Of a DNA stretch of 32,000 bases, positions 1 to 8,952 are shown one piece after another. The stretch is taken from assembly GCA_038858525.1 (NCBI GenBank), contig JAWCFL010000010.1:30001-62000 (forward strand), read 5' to 3'. Each line of letters starts with the position of its first letter. Position 1 is the first letter of the stretch. A model generated the notes under the pieces. That model searched no databases. It had not been told where the DNA came from and worked only from the letters and a program-made list of their open reading frames with translations. The position numbers and the translations under genes are program-made. The stretch comes from Candidatus Jordarchaeales archaeon. Its GTDB lineage: Archaea; Asgardarchaeota; Jordiarchaeia; Jordiarchaeales; Freyrarchaeaceae.

Positions 1-1
1 A

Positions 2-310
2 CAAATAAATGCGGCTGGAAAAAGCCTCGTAGAAGAACTGATAAAAGACGCGACAATAGAGAAAGTGGCTCTTTTAGCGAAGAGGTTCACTATGGAAACA
101 GGGTTAATGACGAAAAAAGTAGAGGAAGCGATTCTTGCACTTGAAAAAGAAGGGTTTGAATATTGTGGTATGATAATGCTGGGTGAAAGTGTCTTCTGCA
201 TCACCACCAAGAAAAAGGCAAAAAAAGCATATAGGGTGCTTAGAAAATGTATGCCTCAAGGCTTCATTAAGATTTGCAAAATAGATTTTAGAGGAGCAAG
301 ACTGGTGTAA
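2..310 (+). CDS. Pantoate kinase (GHMP-kinase family), C-terminal part; 5' end lies outside the window
   Basis: The frame is open from base 2 (QINAAGKSLVEEL...). The C-terminal pattern RFTMETGL...MIMLGESVF matches archaeal pantoate kinases, and the gene lies directly upstream of phosphopantothenate synthetase. Confidence 0.8.
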   Translation, partial: QINAAGKSLVEELIKDATIEKVALLAKRFTMETGLMTKKVEEAILALEKEGFEYCGMIMLGESVFCITTKKKAKKAYRVLRKCMPQGFIKICKIDFRGARLV

Positions 311-330
311 AGCCAGTAGAGGGAAAAAAG

Positions 331-1128
331 ATGGACGAAATTCCGCCAGGTCACCCTAGGGCTGAGTCATTAAGAATAAGGCATAAGTTGATTCATGGAA
401 TGGAGAACAAAGTTGTGGCTAAAGCAGGACTTATCGCGCATGGTAGAGGAGAAGCGTTTGATTATCTTTTAGGCGAGAAAACCCAACCACCAGCAATGGA
501 AGCGGTACGTGCTGCTGTTTCAGCTCTCCTGCTAGCAAAGTACCCTGTTATAAGTGTTAATGGCAACCTGGCGGCTCTATCACCAAGAGAGGTCGTGGAG
601 CTTGCTAAAGAAGTAAACGCCAAAATAGAGATAAATCTCTTCTACAGAAGTCAAGAAAGAATTGAAGCAATAAGGAAAGTTCTGGAGGAAGCAGGGGCAA
701 AGGAGATCTTAGGGGTAGGAGAAACCGCCGATGGAGAAATTCCAGAAATATCAAGTGTTAGGAGAGTTGTTGACCGGCGAGGTATAATGATAGCAGATGT
801 AGTCCTCGTTTCCATTGAGGATGGTGATAGAACGCAAGCACTTAGAAAACTGGGAAAAACGGTTATCGCTATAGATCTAAACCCGCTTAGTAGGACTGCA
901 AAGTACGCTAACATAACAATAGTCGACAATATAGTTAGATGTATGCCTCTCCTCGTAGAAGAAGCAAGAAGGCTCAAAGGATACCCAAAGGAGCGACTGA
1001 AAGAGATTGTAGAAAAATACGATAATAAGAAGGTTCTGGCAGACATGTTAAGAATAATAAGAGATAGGTTAACAGCAATAGCTGAAGCTGGAGGAACCAT
1101 ACCTGACGACTTTGAAAAAGCACTTTAG
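331..1128 (+). CDS. 4-phosphopantoate--beta-alanine ligase (archaeal phosphopantothenate synthetase)
   Basis: Motifs HPRAESL, GLIAHGRGEAFDYLLGE, VISVNGN, EDGDR and IDLNPLSRT are characteristic of the archaeal PPS family. Confidence 0.93.
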   Translation: MDEIPPGHPRAESLRIRHKLIHGMENKVVAKAGLIAHGRGEAFDYLLGEKTQPPAMEAVRAAVSALLLAKYPVISVNGNLAALSPREVVELAKEVNAKIEINLFYRSQERIEAIRKVLEEAGAKEILGVGETADGEIPEISSVRRVVDRRGIMIADVVLVSIEDGDRTQALRKLGKTVIAIDLNPLSRTAKYANITIVDNIVRCMPLLVEEARRLKGYPKERLKEIVEKYDNKKVLADMLRIIRDRLTAIAEAGGTIPDDFEKAL

Positions 1129-1160
1129 AATTCAGAAAAAGACTATCAAAGGGGTACAAG

Positions 1161-2114
1161 TTGAGAGTTGCAGTCTTGGGAGCAGGAGCTATAGGAAGCC
1201 TTTTCGGGGGAATGCTAGCAAGAACCGGTGTTAAGGTAATACTGATAGGCCGGAAAGAACATGTGGAAATGATAAGAAAAAGAGGATTAAAGATAATAGA
1301 GGAAAGCGGGGAGGCTTTTACAGTTAGAGTGGAAGCAACGACAAACCCACTAGAGGCGGGTAAAGCAGATACAGTCTTCTTAACTGTTAAGGCATACGAC
1401 ACTAGGAGGGCAGCAATGGATGCTAGGCCATTGTTAAAAGAAGACAGTTTAGTTGTTTGCATGCAAAACGGGTTAGATACGGAGAAAGAAGCTGCTGATG
1501 TCCTAGGAAAGGAAAACGTTTTTCGAGGGGTAACTTCTGAGGGGGCTCAGCTCGTGGAGCCGGGAGTTGTGCGTCATGCTGGTAGAGGAGAGAGCTTAGT
1601 GGGGTCTCCTTTCGGTATCTCGCTGCAAAGAGCAAAGAGCGTTGCCGAGATTCTTAGAGAAGCGGGCTTTAATGCAAATGTCACGGACAACATTGAAAGA
1701 GAAGTTTGGGGAAAGGCGCTCGTTAACGCCGGAATAAACCCTATTGGGGCTATAACGGGACTTAGAAACGGTGAGATACTTGAGCATCCACCCCTCTTAG
1801 AAGTTATGAAGAAGCTTATTGCGGAGGGGAAAAAAGTTGCTAAGAAGCATAATATCACATTGACGGAGGACCCCTTCACTAAAGCTGTCAAGATTGCAGA
1901 GATGACTGCCACTAACAAGAACTCCATGCTTCAGGATATAGAAAAGGGCAAAAAAACTGAAATAGACTATATTAATGGTGCGATAGTTGCTTATGGTAAA
2001 AGGTACAATGTGAAGACACCCGTAAACTTTACAGTAACCGCAATAATCAAAACATTAGAGACGAAGGCCCATCAAAGGAAAGGCGTGATCTCTAATGAAG
2101 CTGAGAGGAATTAG
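1161..2114 (+). CDS. panE: 2-dehydropantoate 2-reductase (ketopantoate reductase)
   Basis: Rossmann GAGAIG, TVKAYD, MQNG, WGKALVNAGINP, SMLQD and TEIDYING motifs; TTG start. Confidence 0.92.
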   Translation: MRVAVLGAGAIGSLFGGMLARTGVKVILIGRKEHVEMIRKRGLKIIEESGEAFTVRVEATTNPLEAGKADTVFLTVKAYDTRRAAMDARPLLKEDSLVVCMQNGLDTEKEAADVLGKENVFRGVTSEGAQLVEPGVVRHAGRGESLVGSPFGISLQRAKSVAEILREAGFNANVTDNIEREVWGKALVNAGINPIGAITGLRNGEILEHPPLLEVMKKLIAEGKKVAKKHNITLTEDPFTKAVKIAEMTATNKNSMLQDIEKGKKTEIDYINGAIVAYGKRYNVKTPVNFTVTAIIKTLETKAHQRKGVISNEAERN

Positions 2115-3291
2115 TGCTAAGGAAGTCCTGAGGGAGCTTGAAGAAAGACTAGTATCAGATATGAGCTATCATTCTGGAAGAATATTAGGGAGTATGTGTA
2201 CTCTTCCGCACCCATTAGCAAGAAAGATATTTTCTAGGTATCTTGAAAAGAATCTAGGTGACCCAGGCCTTTTCCCTGCAACCTTCCAGTTAGAGAGAGA
2301 AGTTATCAGCATGCTGGGGGAGCTTTTAGGAAACTCTAACGCTTCAGGAATAATAACGAGCGGGGGAACGGAGGCGAACATTTCTGCAATGCGCATAGCC
2401 AGAAACGTTTCACGTAAAAATGGTAGAAAGGGGAAAACAATAATAGTTCCCGAGTCAGCTCACGCATCATTTGACAAGGCAGCAGACTTGCTTGACGTAA
2501 AAATAATTAAAGCTCGACTTGATGAGGAATACCGGGTTGATGTGGACGACGTCCAAGAAAAAGTGACAAGTGACACGTTCGCTATAGTTGGCATAGCCGG
2601 AACAACAGCTCTGGGGACAGTAGACCCGATAGAAGCTCTCTCCGACATAGCAGAAGACAAAGGGATATACTTGCATGTCGATGCTGCATTTGGAGGGTTC
2701 GTATTACCCTTCCTAGAGAAGGCTGGATTCAGAGTTCCAAGTTTCGACTTCAGAAACGAGGGCGTATGCTCTATAACAGTGGACCCGCATAAGATGGGAA
2801 TGGCCCCCATACCTGCTGGAGGATTATTGCTTCGAGACGAAAAGCTCTTTATTGAAAACAGCTTTGAAATACCATACCTAGCAGGGGGAAAATATAACCA
2901 TCCAATAATACTGGGAACACGTTCGGGAGCAACTGTCATTGCAACGTGGGCCTTGCTTAATCATCTAGGAGTTGAGGGATACACTAAGATAGTTAAGAGA
3001 TGCATGAGGAATACTAGGATCTTAGAGAGGGGAATCCAAAAAATAGACGGCCTAAGATTACCGGTAAAACCAACAATGAACATAATTGGAATTTTATCAG
3101 ATATTGTCGACGTATGCAAGCTAGACTTAGAACTTAGAAAAAAAGGCTGGGCTCTAGGCAAGTTTCCAGAATTTCTAAGAATAGTCGTGATGCCGCATGT
3201 TAAAAAGAGACATATTATAGAGTTCTTAAGTGAGCTTGAAAGTGCCGTCCAAATACTTTTGGCGAGCAGAACACTCACAAGCTCAATCTAA
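2095..3291 (+). CDS. mfnA: Group II PLP-dependent decarboxylase, MfnA family (tyrosine/aspartate decarboxylase)
   Basis: ILGSMCT, NLGDPGLFP, SGGTEAN, HVDAAFGG and the PLP lysine in SITVDPHKMG. Confidence 0.88.
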   Translation: MKLRGISAKEVLRELEERLVSDMSYHSGRILGSMCTLPHPLARKIFSRYLEKNLGDPGLFPATFQLEREVISMLGELLGNSNASGIITSGGTEANISAMRIARNVSRKNGRKGKTIIVPESAHASFDKAADLLDVKIIKARLDEEYRVDVDDVQEKVTSDTFAIVGIAGTTALGTVDPIEALSDIAEDKGIYLHVDAAFGGFVLPFLEKAGFRVPSFDFRNEGVCSITVDPHKMGMAPIPAGGLLLRDEKLFIENSFEIPYLAGGKYNHPIILGTRSGATVIATWALLNHLGVEGYTKIVKRCMRNTRILERGIQKIDGLRLPVKPTMNIIGILSDIVDVCKLDLELRKKGWALGKFPEFLRIVVMPHVKKRHIIEFLSELESAVQILLASRTLTSSI

Positions 3292-3319
3292 GAAGAAAGA
3301 TGAATAAAGAAACAAAAAA

Positions 3320-3856
3320 TTACTTTTGGGTTGCAGTCCTATAGATTATCTCTGCTATTTTTTGGAAGGCTTCCTTTACCCCTGCTCCTGTAAAGGCACT
3401 TGTTTCGAAGTATGGCAACCCACCGAGGCGCATGGCAAGTTCTTCTCCCATTTCATGAGTCACTTTACGGTGCTCCTCTAAATCGATTTTGTTGGCAAGG
3501 AGTACACCCGGCACTTCACCGCATTCCTTCACGAGCTCGTTTTTCCAGTTTACTAAACTGAGGTAGCTTTCAGGCCGGCAGACGTCATAAACATAGATTG
3601 CACCTGCAGCACCTCTATAAAAAGACGAGCGTACTTCTTTAAACTGTGGCTGCCCAGCTAAGTCCCACAATTGAAGTTTAATTATAACGCCATCTACTTC
3701 AACATTCTTAACGGCAAAGTTCGCTCCTATGGTCATTATGTAATCTGACTGAAACTTCTCTTCGGTGTACTTTTTAATCAAGCTGGTTTTTCCTACAGCA
3801 CCGTCTCCCACAACAACTATCTTAAAAATGTACTTTGCTTGGCTCAAGTCTAACAC
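3320..3856 (-). CDS. Rab-like small GTPase (Ras superfamily)
   Basis: G1 GDGAVGKT, G2 TIG, G3 WDLAGQ, G4 NKID, G5 ETSA. RabF-like IGANF, KLQLW, FYRGA, YVYDV. No C-terminal cysteine. Confidence 0.9.
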   Translation of the reverse strand: MLDLSQAKYIFKIVVVGDGAVGKTSLIKKYTEEKFQSDYIMTIGANFAVKNVEVDGVIIKLQLWDLAGQPQFKEVRSSFYRGAAGAIYVYDVCRPESYLSLVNWKNELVKECGEVPGVLLANKIDLEEHRKVTHEMGEELAMRLGGLPYFETSAFTGAGVKEAFQKIAEIIYRTATQK

Positions 3857-4135
3857 CTTGTAACTTTAAAGTGAACCTTAACGTTTTCAGTAAGTAATTG
3901 CAAAGAGCGCTAAATAATAATTTTCTGGTAAAACTTTTTAAATTTACTGGCAACAAATTATGAAAGCTTATAGATAAGTAGGATAGTGTTCAGAAAAAAC
4001 GAAGCAAAATTGCCTATAACTAAATGACAGAACAGAAATGTTGAACATTTATTTTTGATAAAAACCAAATTTTAACAAGAAACATACAGATGTTTTCTAT
4101 ACGTTGTTAGACTTCCTTACTTTTAGAAGGTTAAC

Positions 4136-5179
4136 TTACTTTATTTTAGTAAGAGCCTTAACGAGCAATCTTATCGTATTTTCTATATCTGACAGGTCGG
4201 CTACTTCAACCGGTGAGTGGGCGTACCGTACGGGAATACAGAGTGGACAGGTTGCCACACCTTCTCTAGCAAGCTGGATTGCCGTAGCGTTAGTTGTCCC
4301 CATGACGACACCTATTTGGTATGGTATCCCGTTTTCCTCTGCTACTTTAATTAGGAATTCTTTTACTGACCGGTCTGCAACAAACATTCGGTCAGCCGCC
4401 CTTATTACGGGACCTTTTCCAAGAACAACAGACGAGATGAAGGGTTTGACTCCAGGGTAGTCTGCTGCTCCCGTTGTATCGAGGGGAATAGCTATTGTAG
4501 GATTCACTCTGAAGGCGACAGGTTTTGCTCCTCTAAGTCCTCTTTCTTCTTCTACACTAAATGAAAAGAAGATGTCGGCGTTTAGGGGTTCTTTGAGGTT
4601 ACGTAATTCGTATAACGTCTTTATTGCCACAGCACAACCTAACTTATCATCAAAGCCGTATCCACAAATGCGTCCTCCAACCAGCTCTTCTAACCCGCCC
4701 TCAAAGGATACTGGGTCAGAAATGCGGATGCCCACTTCGTAAGCTTCCTCCCTGCTTGATGCACCGATATCTATGAACAAGTCATCAATACTAGGCATCT
4801 TTTCGCGTTCTTTCTCTGAGGTGAAGTGCGGGGGAACAGCTGCAATGACGCCTTTAATTTTCCCCTTCGACGTATGCACTACAACTCTTTGAGCCAATAA
4901 AATCCGGTTATCTATTCCTCCAAGAGTCGTAAAGCGGAGAAAGCCCTTTTCATCGATAGCCTTAATGATTAATCCAACCTCATCCATGTGGGCATCTACA
5001 AGAACCCTTTCTTTGCCTCCGCCTTCGACTCTCGCTACAACGTTTCCCACCCTGTCAACTTCCACTTCGTCGGCAAACTTTTCTATGAGCGACGTTATAA
5101 CCTCGGAGAACTCATCCTCGAAACCGGAAACGCTGGAAACAGAAAGAAGCTGCCTAATTAGGGAGGAGGTCTCCATCAA
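4136..5179 (-). CDS. M42-family (TET/FrvX-like) metalloaminopeptidase
   Basis: Metal-ligand motifs DAHMDE, FDDK, VEEERG, LDTT and RYAHS. Confidence 0.9.
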   Translation of the reverse strand: MMETSSLIRQLLSVSSVSGFEDEFSEVITSLIEKFADEVEVDRVGNVVARVEGGGKERVLVDAHMDEVGLIIKAIDEKGFLRFTTLGGIDNRILLAQRVVVHTSKGKIKGVIAAVPPHFTSEKEREKMPSIDDLFIDIGASSREEAYEVGIRISDPVSFEGGLEELVGGRICGYGFDDKLGCAVAIKTLYELRNLKEPLNADIFFSFSVEEERGLRGAKPVAFRVNPTIAIPLDTTGAADYPGVKPFISSVVLGKGPVIRAADRMFVADRSVKEFLIKVAEENGIPYQIGVVMGTTNATAIQLAREGVATCPLCIPVRYAHSPVEVADLSDIENTIRLLVKALTKIK

Positions 5180-5274
5180 CCAGGATCAACCCCTGCCACT
5201 TGCTATCTACACAAAATTTAACATAACTAACCCGTTTAAACTCTTTTGAATAACTGAAGGAAGGAAGAAGCCAG

Positions 5275-5727
5275 ATGGATGAAGTTGTTTTTAAGCCGAT
5301 AGGCTACGTGAAAGTGATAAACGAGAAGGAGGCGGAACTCGTCTTAAAACCAGAACTTAGAGACGCACTAGACGGCATAGATGGGTTTTCTCATGTTTTC
5401 GTGATATACTTCACGCATAAACTTTCCGGGGCCAAAGTGCCAGATAAAGTTCACCCCAAGAGGGACACGAAACTCCCATTAATAGGTGTGCTGAGTTCGA
5501 GGTCTCCTCTAAGACCCAATTTGATAGGGCTCAGCGTTGTAAAACTAATTGAAAGAAAAGAGAATATTTTGAAAGTAACGGGGCTAGACGCATTGGACGG
5601 AACGCCCATACTTGACATTAAACCCTACATACCTGAAAGGGACAGTGTACCTGACGCAACCATACCGGAATTCCTTAAACGTGCAGAAGGAAGCAATACA
5701 GATACCTTCAAAAAGCAATTGACGTGA
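5275..5727 (+). CDS. trmO: TrmO/TsaA (YaeB)-family SAM-dependent tRNA methyltransferase
   Basis: FKPIGYV, LDGIDGFSHV, RSPLRPNLIGLS and LDALDGTPILDIKPY. Confidence 0.85.
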   Translation: MDEVVFKPIGYVKVINEKEAELVLKPELRDALDGIDGFSHVFVIYFTHKLSGAKVPDKVHPKRDTKLPLIGVLSSRSPLRPNLIGLSVVKLIERKENILKVTGLDALDGTPILDIKPYIPERDSVPDATIPEFLKRAEGSNTDTFKKQLT

Positions 5728-5786
5728 TTTTATTTTAGGATCGAACAGATTTCAATGGTATTTTATCAGACAAGGGAGGTTTTAAG

Positions 5787-7253
5787 TTGGTGGGACGTGA
5801 GGAGGCAATAGCTGTTTTTGACGTGGGAACAACAGGTGTTCGTGCTTTGTTGTTTAACCTTGAAGGTTCCATCTTGGGAGGAGCTTACGAGGAGTACCCT
5901 ACTATTTCTGAGCATCCAGGGCAGTCAGAGCAAGTTCCCGATGTTTGGTGGGAGGCTTCATGTAGGACTATTCAGTCTGCATTGAAGAACGCACATGTTT
6001 CTCCATCAGATGTGGTTGCCGTTAGCGTCTGCACACAGAGGGCGACAATTTTTCCTGTCGATAAGAGTGGGAGACCGCTTTACAGGGCATTAACTTGGAT
6101 GGATACACGAATGTCTCCTTCAGCGAAAAAGCTAAAGAAGGTGATAGGGCAAAGAGAAAGCTTGAATAAGGTCCTCTGGATAAAGGACAATGTTCCTTCA
6201 GTCTTCGAGCAGACATTTAAGTTCCTTTTCGTTGACTCCTACTTTTACTTTAAGTTAGCAGGAGTTTTTGTGTCAGATCTTTCCAATGCGTTTTATGGTC
6301 CATTTGATGTTGAAAAACTGTCTTGGAATGAAAAATTAGCTGATGAGGTAGGAGTTCCCCTAGACAAGTGGGTTGAAGTTTACCCGTCGGGAAAGGTTGT
6401 CGGCGAGGTGACAGTGGAGGCTGCAAGGGAAACCCAGCTTAAAGCTGGAACACCGGTAGTCGTTGGTGGGGGAGACCAGCAGTGTTCATGCGTCGGAGTT
6501 GGGGCAGTGAGACATGGAATAGTTAAAGTAACCACTGGAACAGGGACGTTCGTAGATGCACTTATAGATAAGCCGATTTACGACCCGTTCGGCATACTTT
6601 TCACGTTACCCCACGTCCTAGAAGGAAAATGGGTTGTTGAGGGAGTCATTCCGGGGACTGGAAGCATTCTCAGGTGGTTCCGCGACAATTTTGGGCATCT
6701 AGAAAAGAAGGTGGCAGAAGACGTCGGCGTGGACGCGTACAGCATACTTGAAGACGAGGCGGAAACAGTTAGCCCTGGATCTGACGGGTTGCTTGTAATA
6801 CCGTTATTCAATTTCGGTAAGGGCGCTATTTACAATTTGTCTTTTGCACATAGCAGAAGACATATAATCCGAGCGATAATGGAGTGTAACGGGTTTGGAA
6901 TAAGGGGACTCTTAGATATTATTTCGGGAATGGGAATTGCCGTCGAGGAGCTTAGGATAGATGGAGGAGGCGCCAGATCCAAACTTTGGAGGCAAATACA
7001 GGCTGACGTAACGGGTAAACGGATTTCCGTGCCCTGCATTGAGGAAGCTGGAGCGCTTGGGGCGGCGATTCTAGCATCGAAAGGAGTTAAGTTGTTCCCA
7101 TCTGTAGAGAAAGCGGTAGAGAGCATGGTTAAAATTTCAGAGGTAAGAGAGCCAAGACACGAGAACAAGAGGGTCTATGACGAAATGCACCCTGTCTTCA
7201 TGAAGCTCCTGCTTTCTAGCTACTCCGAGATTACAGGGCAAAGTCAAAACTGA
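5787..7253 (+). CDS. FGGY-family carbohydrate/polyol kinase (YgcE-like)
   Basis: DVGTTG, TQRAT (not the glycerol-kinase NQRET), GGDQQC, TTGTG and DGGGARS. GGAGG Shine-Dalgarno upstream of a TTG start. Confidence 0.85.
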   Translation: MVGREEAIAVFDVGTTGVRALLFNLEGSILGGAYEEYPTISEHPGQSEQVPDVWWEASCRTIQSALKNAHVSPSDVVAVSVCTQRATIFPVDKSGRPLYRALTWMDTRMSPSAKKLKKVIGQRESLNKVLWIKDNVPSVFEQTFKFLFVDSYFYFKLAGVFVSDLSNAFYGPFDVEKLSWNEKLADEVGVPLDKWVEVYPSGKVVGEVTVEAARETQLKAGTPVVVGGGDQQCSCVGVGAVRHGIVKVTTGTGTFVDALIDKPIYDPFGILFTLPHVLEGKWVVEGVIPGTGSILRWFRDNFGHLEKKVAEDVGVDAYSILEDEAETVSPGSDGLLVIPLFNFGKGAIYNLSFAHSRRHIIRAIMECNGFGIRGLLDIISGMGIAVEELRIDGGGARSKLWRQIQADVTGKRISVPCIEEAGALGAAILASKGVKLFPSVEKAVESMVKISEVREPRHENKRVYDEMHPVFMKLLLSSYSEITGQSQN

Positions 7254-7308
7254 GAGCAGAAATAATGGAAAAATGGTAAAATATTGTTGTTAAATAAGGA
7301 TTTTTGAG

Positions 7309-8952
7309 ATGGTGGTCATGGAGGATTACGATGTTATAGTTATTGGTGGAGGATCAACGGGTACCAGTGTTGCGAGAGACTGCGCTATGCGTGGCTTTAG
7401 AACCATTCTCTTCGAGAGAGGCGACCTTGCGTCGGGCGCTACGGGTGCATGCGCTGGCATGATTAGTGGAGGAACAAAGTATGTGCTCCAGGAGCCGGAG
7501 TTCTCGGAGATGTGCACAAGGGAAGTTGTAACGCTCTCCCGGATAGCTGGGCACATAGTTTTCAGGACACCCATAATAACGGCAATATTGACTGAGGAGG
7601 AAATTAAGCTTAGGGCTAGCTTCGTTGAGAAGTACGGTGCGTTAACAGAGAAGAGGCAGGCAAGCCCGATTCTGATTTTATCTCCTCAAGAGGCTAGGAG
7701 CCTTGAGCCCAAATTGAGCAATAATATTATTCTGGCAGCTTATTTTGACGAGATGTTCATTGATCCATTTAGGCTGACTGTTCTCACAGCCCTCTCCGCT
7801 AAGCAACACGGGGCAGAGATAAGAACGTACACTGAGGTCGTCGATGTTCTTCATAGGGACGGAGAAGTTTATGGAGTTAGGGTTAAGGATAGGTTAACCG
7901 GCAGGGATGAAGAGATAAGAGGCAGAATTGTAGTTAATGCCGCTGGAGCGTGGGTTCCGGAAATCTCGAGAATAGTGGGAATCAAGCAGACGTTAAGGCT
8001 TAACAAGGGGGCGCATGTCGTCTTCGATAGGAGAATTACGAGGTTCGGGATAATATGCCGAGCATTAGATGGGAGAACAGTATACTTATTCCCCCACGAG
8101 ACCGGGTCAATTTTGGGCACGACCGCAATAGACATATTCACTAGCCCGGATGAAGCTGAAGCGACTTATGATGAGATCGAGTACTTGATTTCAAGTATGG
8201 AGATGGCTGTGCCGTCAGTGAGAGATGCACGCATAGTCAGAGTCATGTGTGGAGTTAGACCGCTAATAGCTCAATGGTGGGTGCCTGAGGGGGATGTAAC
8301 AAGAAATTTCAGGGTGATTGACCATGAGGAACGTGACGGTGTTAGGGGTCTGGTAAGCGTTGAAGGGGGAAAACTTGTTGTCTGCCGAGCTATGGCCGAG
8401 AAAATAACTGACCTGGTTTGCGAGAAGCTTGGAAGAGAAGCCGAGTGCAGAACTCACCTAGAGCCTCTGCCGGGGGCAGACGGAAAAGTTAACGTGGAAG
8501 AGATAGCTTCAAGGTATCACTTTTCACCGCACACTGCTGGGCGGCTTATCTCAAGGCAAGGCACTTTATCCAGTATTGTCCTATCGGAAGCAAGTAACGA
8601 AAGAAGTCTCCTTTCAAGTGTTTGTCTATGCGAGGCTGTTACTGAGGCTGAGCTACGACACGTCATAAGGAACGAGTGGGGGGTGACTCTAGACGCCCTG
8701 AGGAGACGAACTAGGATGGGTATGGGTCCATGCCAAGGATTCTCCTGCGGATTTAAAGCTATGGCGATTCTAGCTGAGGAGAGGGGGATGGGAGTTGAAG
8801 AGGCTTTTAGAGAGCTTGAAAGGTTTCTAGCCGAAAGATGGAGAGGGCACATTGTTGTTTTAAGGGGAAGCCAGCTCAGCGAGTATGAGATGACGCAGGC
8901 GGCTTATGCCTGTGTTGGGTCAATCGACATGAAAGTCGGTGAGGAGGAGTGA
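7309..8952 (+). CDS. glpA: Anaerobic glycerol-3-phosphate dehydrogenase subunit A-like flavoprotein
   Basis: GGGSTG FAD motif, GVRPL, GGKL, and a C-terminal BFD-like CLCE...RRRTRMGMGPCQGFSC domain. Confidence 0.85.
   Translation: MVVMEDYDVIVIGGGSTGTSVARDCAMRGFRTILFERGDLASGATGACAGMISGGTKYVLQEPEFSEMCTREVVTLSRIAGHIVFRTPIITAILTEEEIKLRASFVEKYGALTEKRQASPILILSPQEARSLEPKLSNNIILAAYFDEMFIDPFRLTVLTALSAKQHGAEIRTYTEVVDVLHRDGEVYGVRVKDRLTGRDEEIRGRIVVNAAGAWVPEISRIVGIKQTLRLNKGAHVVFDRRITRFGIICRALDGRTVYLFPHETGSILGTTAIDIFTSPDEAEATYDEIEYLISSMEMAVPSVRDARIVRVMCGVRPLIAQWWVPEGDVTRNFRVIDHEERDGVRGLVSVEGGKLVVCRAMAEKITDLVCEKLGREAECRTHLEPLPGADGKVNVEEIASRYHFSPHTAGRLISRQGTLSSIVLSEASNERSLLSSVCLCEAVTEAELRHVIRNEWGVTLDALRRRTRMGMGPCQGFSCGFKAMAILAEERGMGVEEAFRELERFLAERWRGHIVVLRGSQLSEYEMTQAAYACVGSIDMKVGEEE

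Noticed and set aside
4036-4050. Palindrome AAATGTT-G-AACATTT upstream of the GTPase as an operator
   Set aside because: It is a single AT-rich 7-bp inverted repeat with no second copy noticed, consistent with chance.
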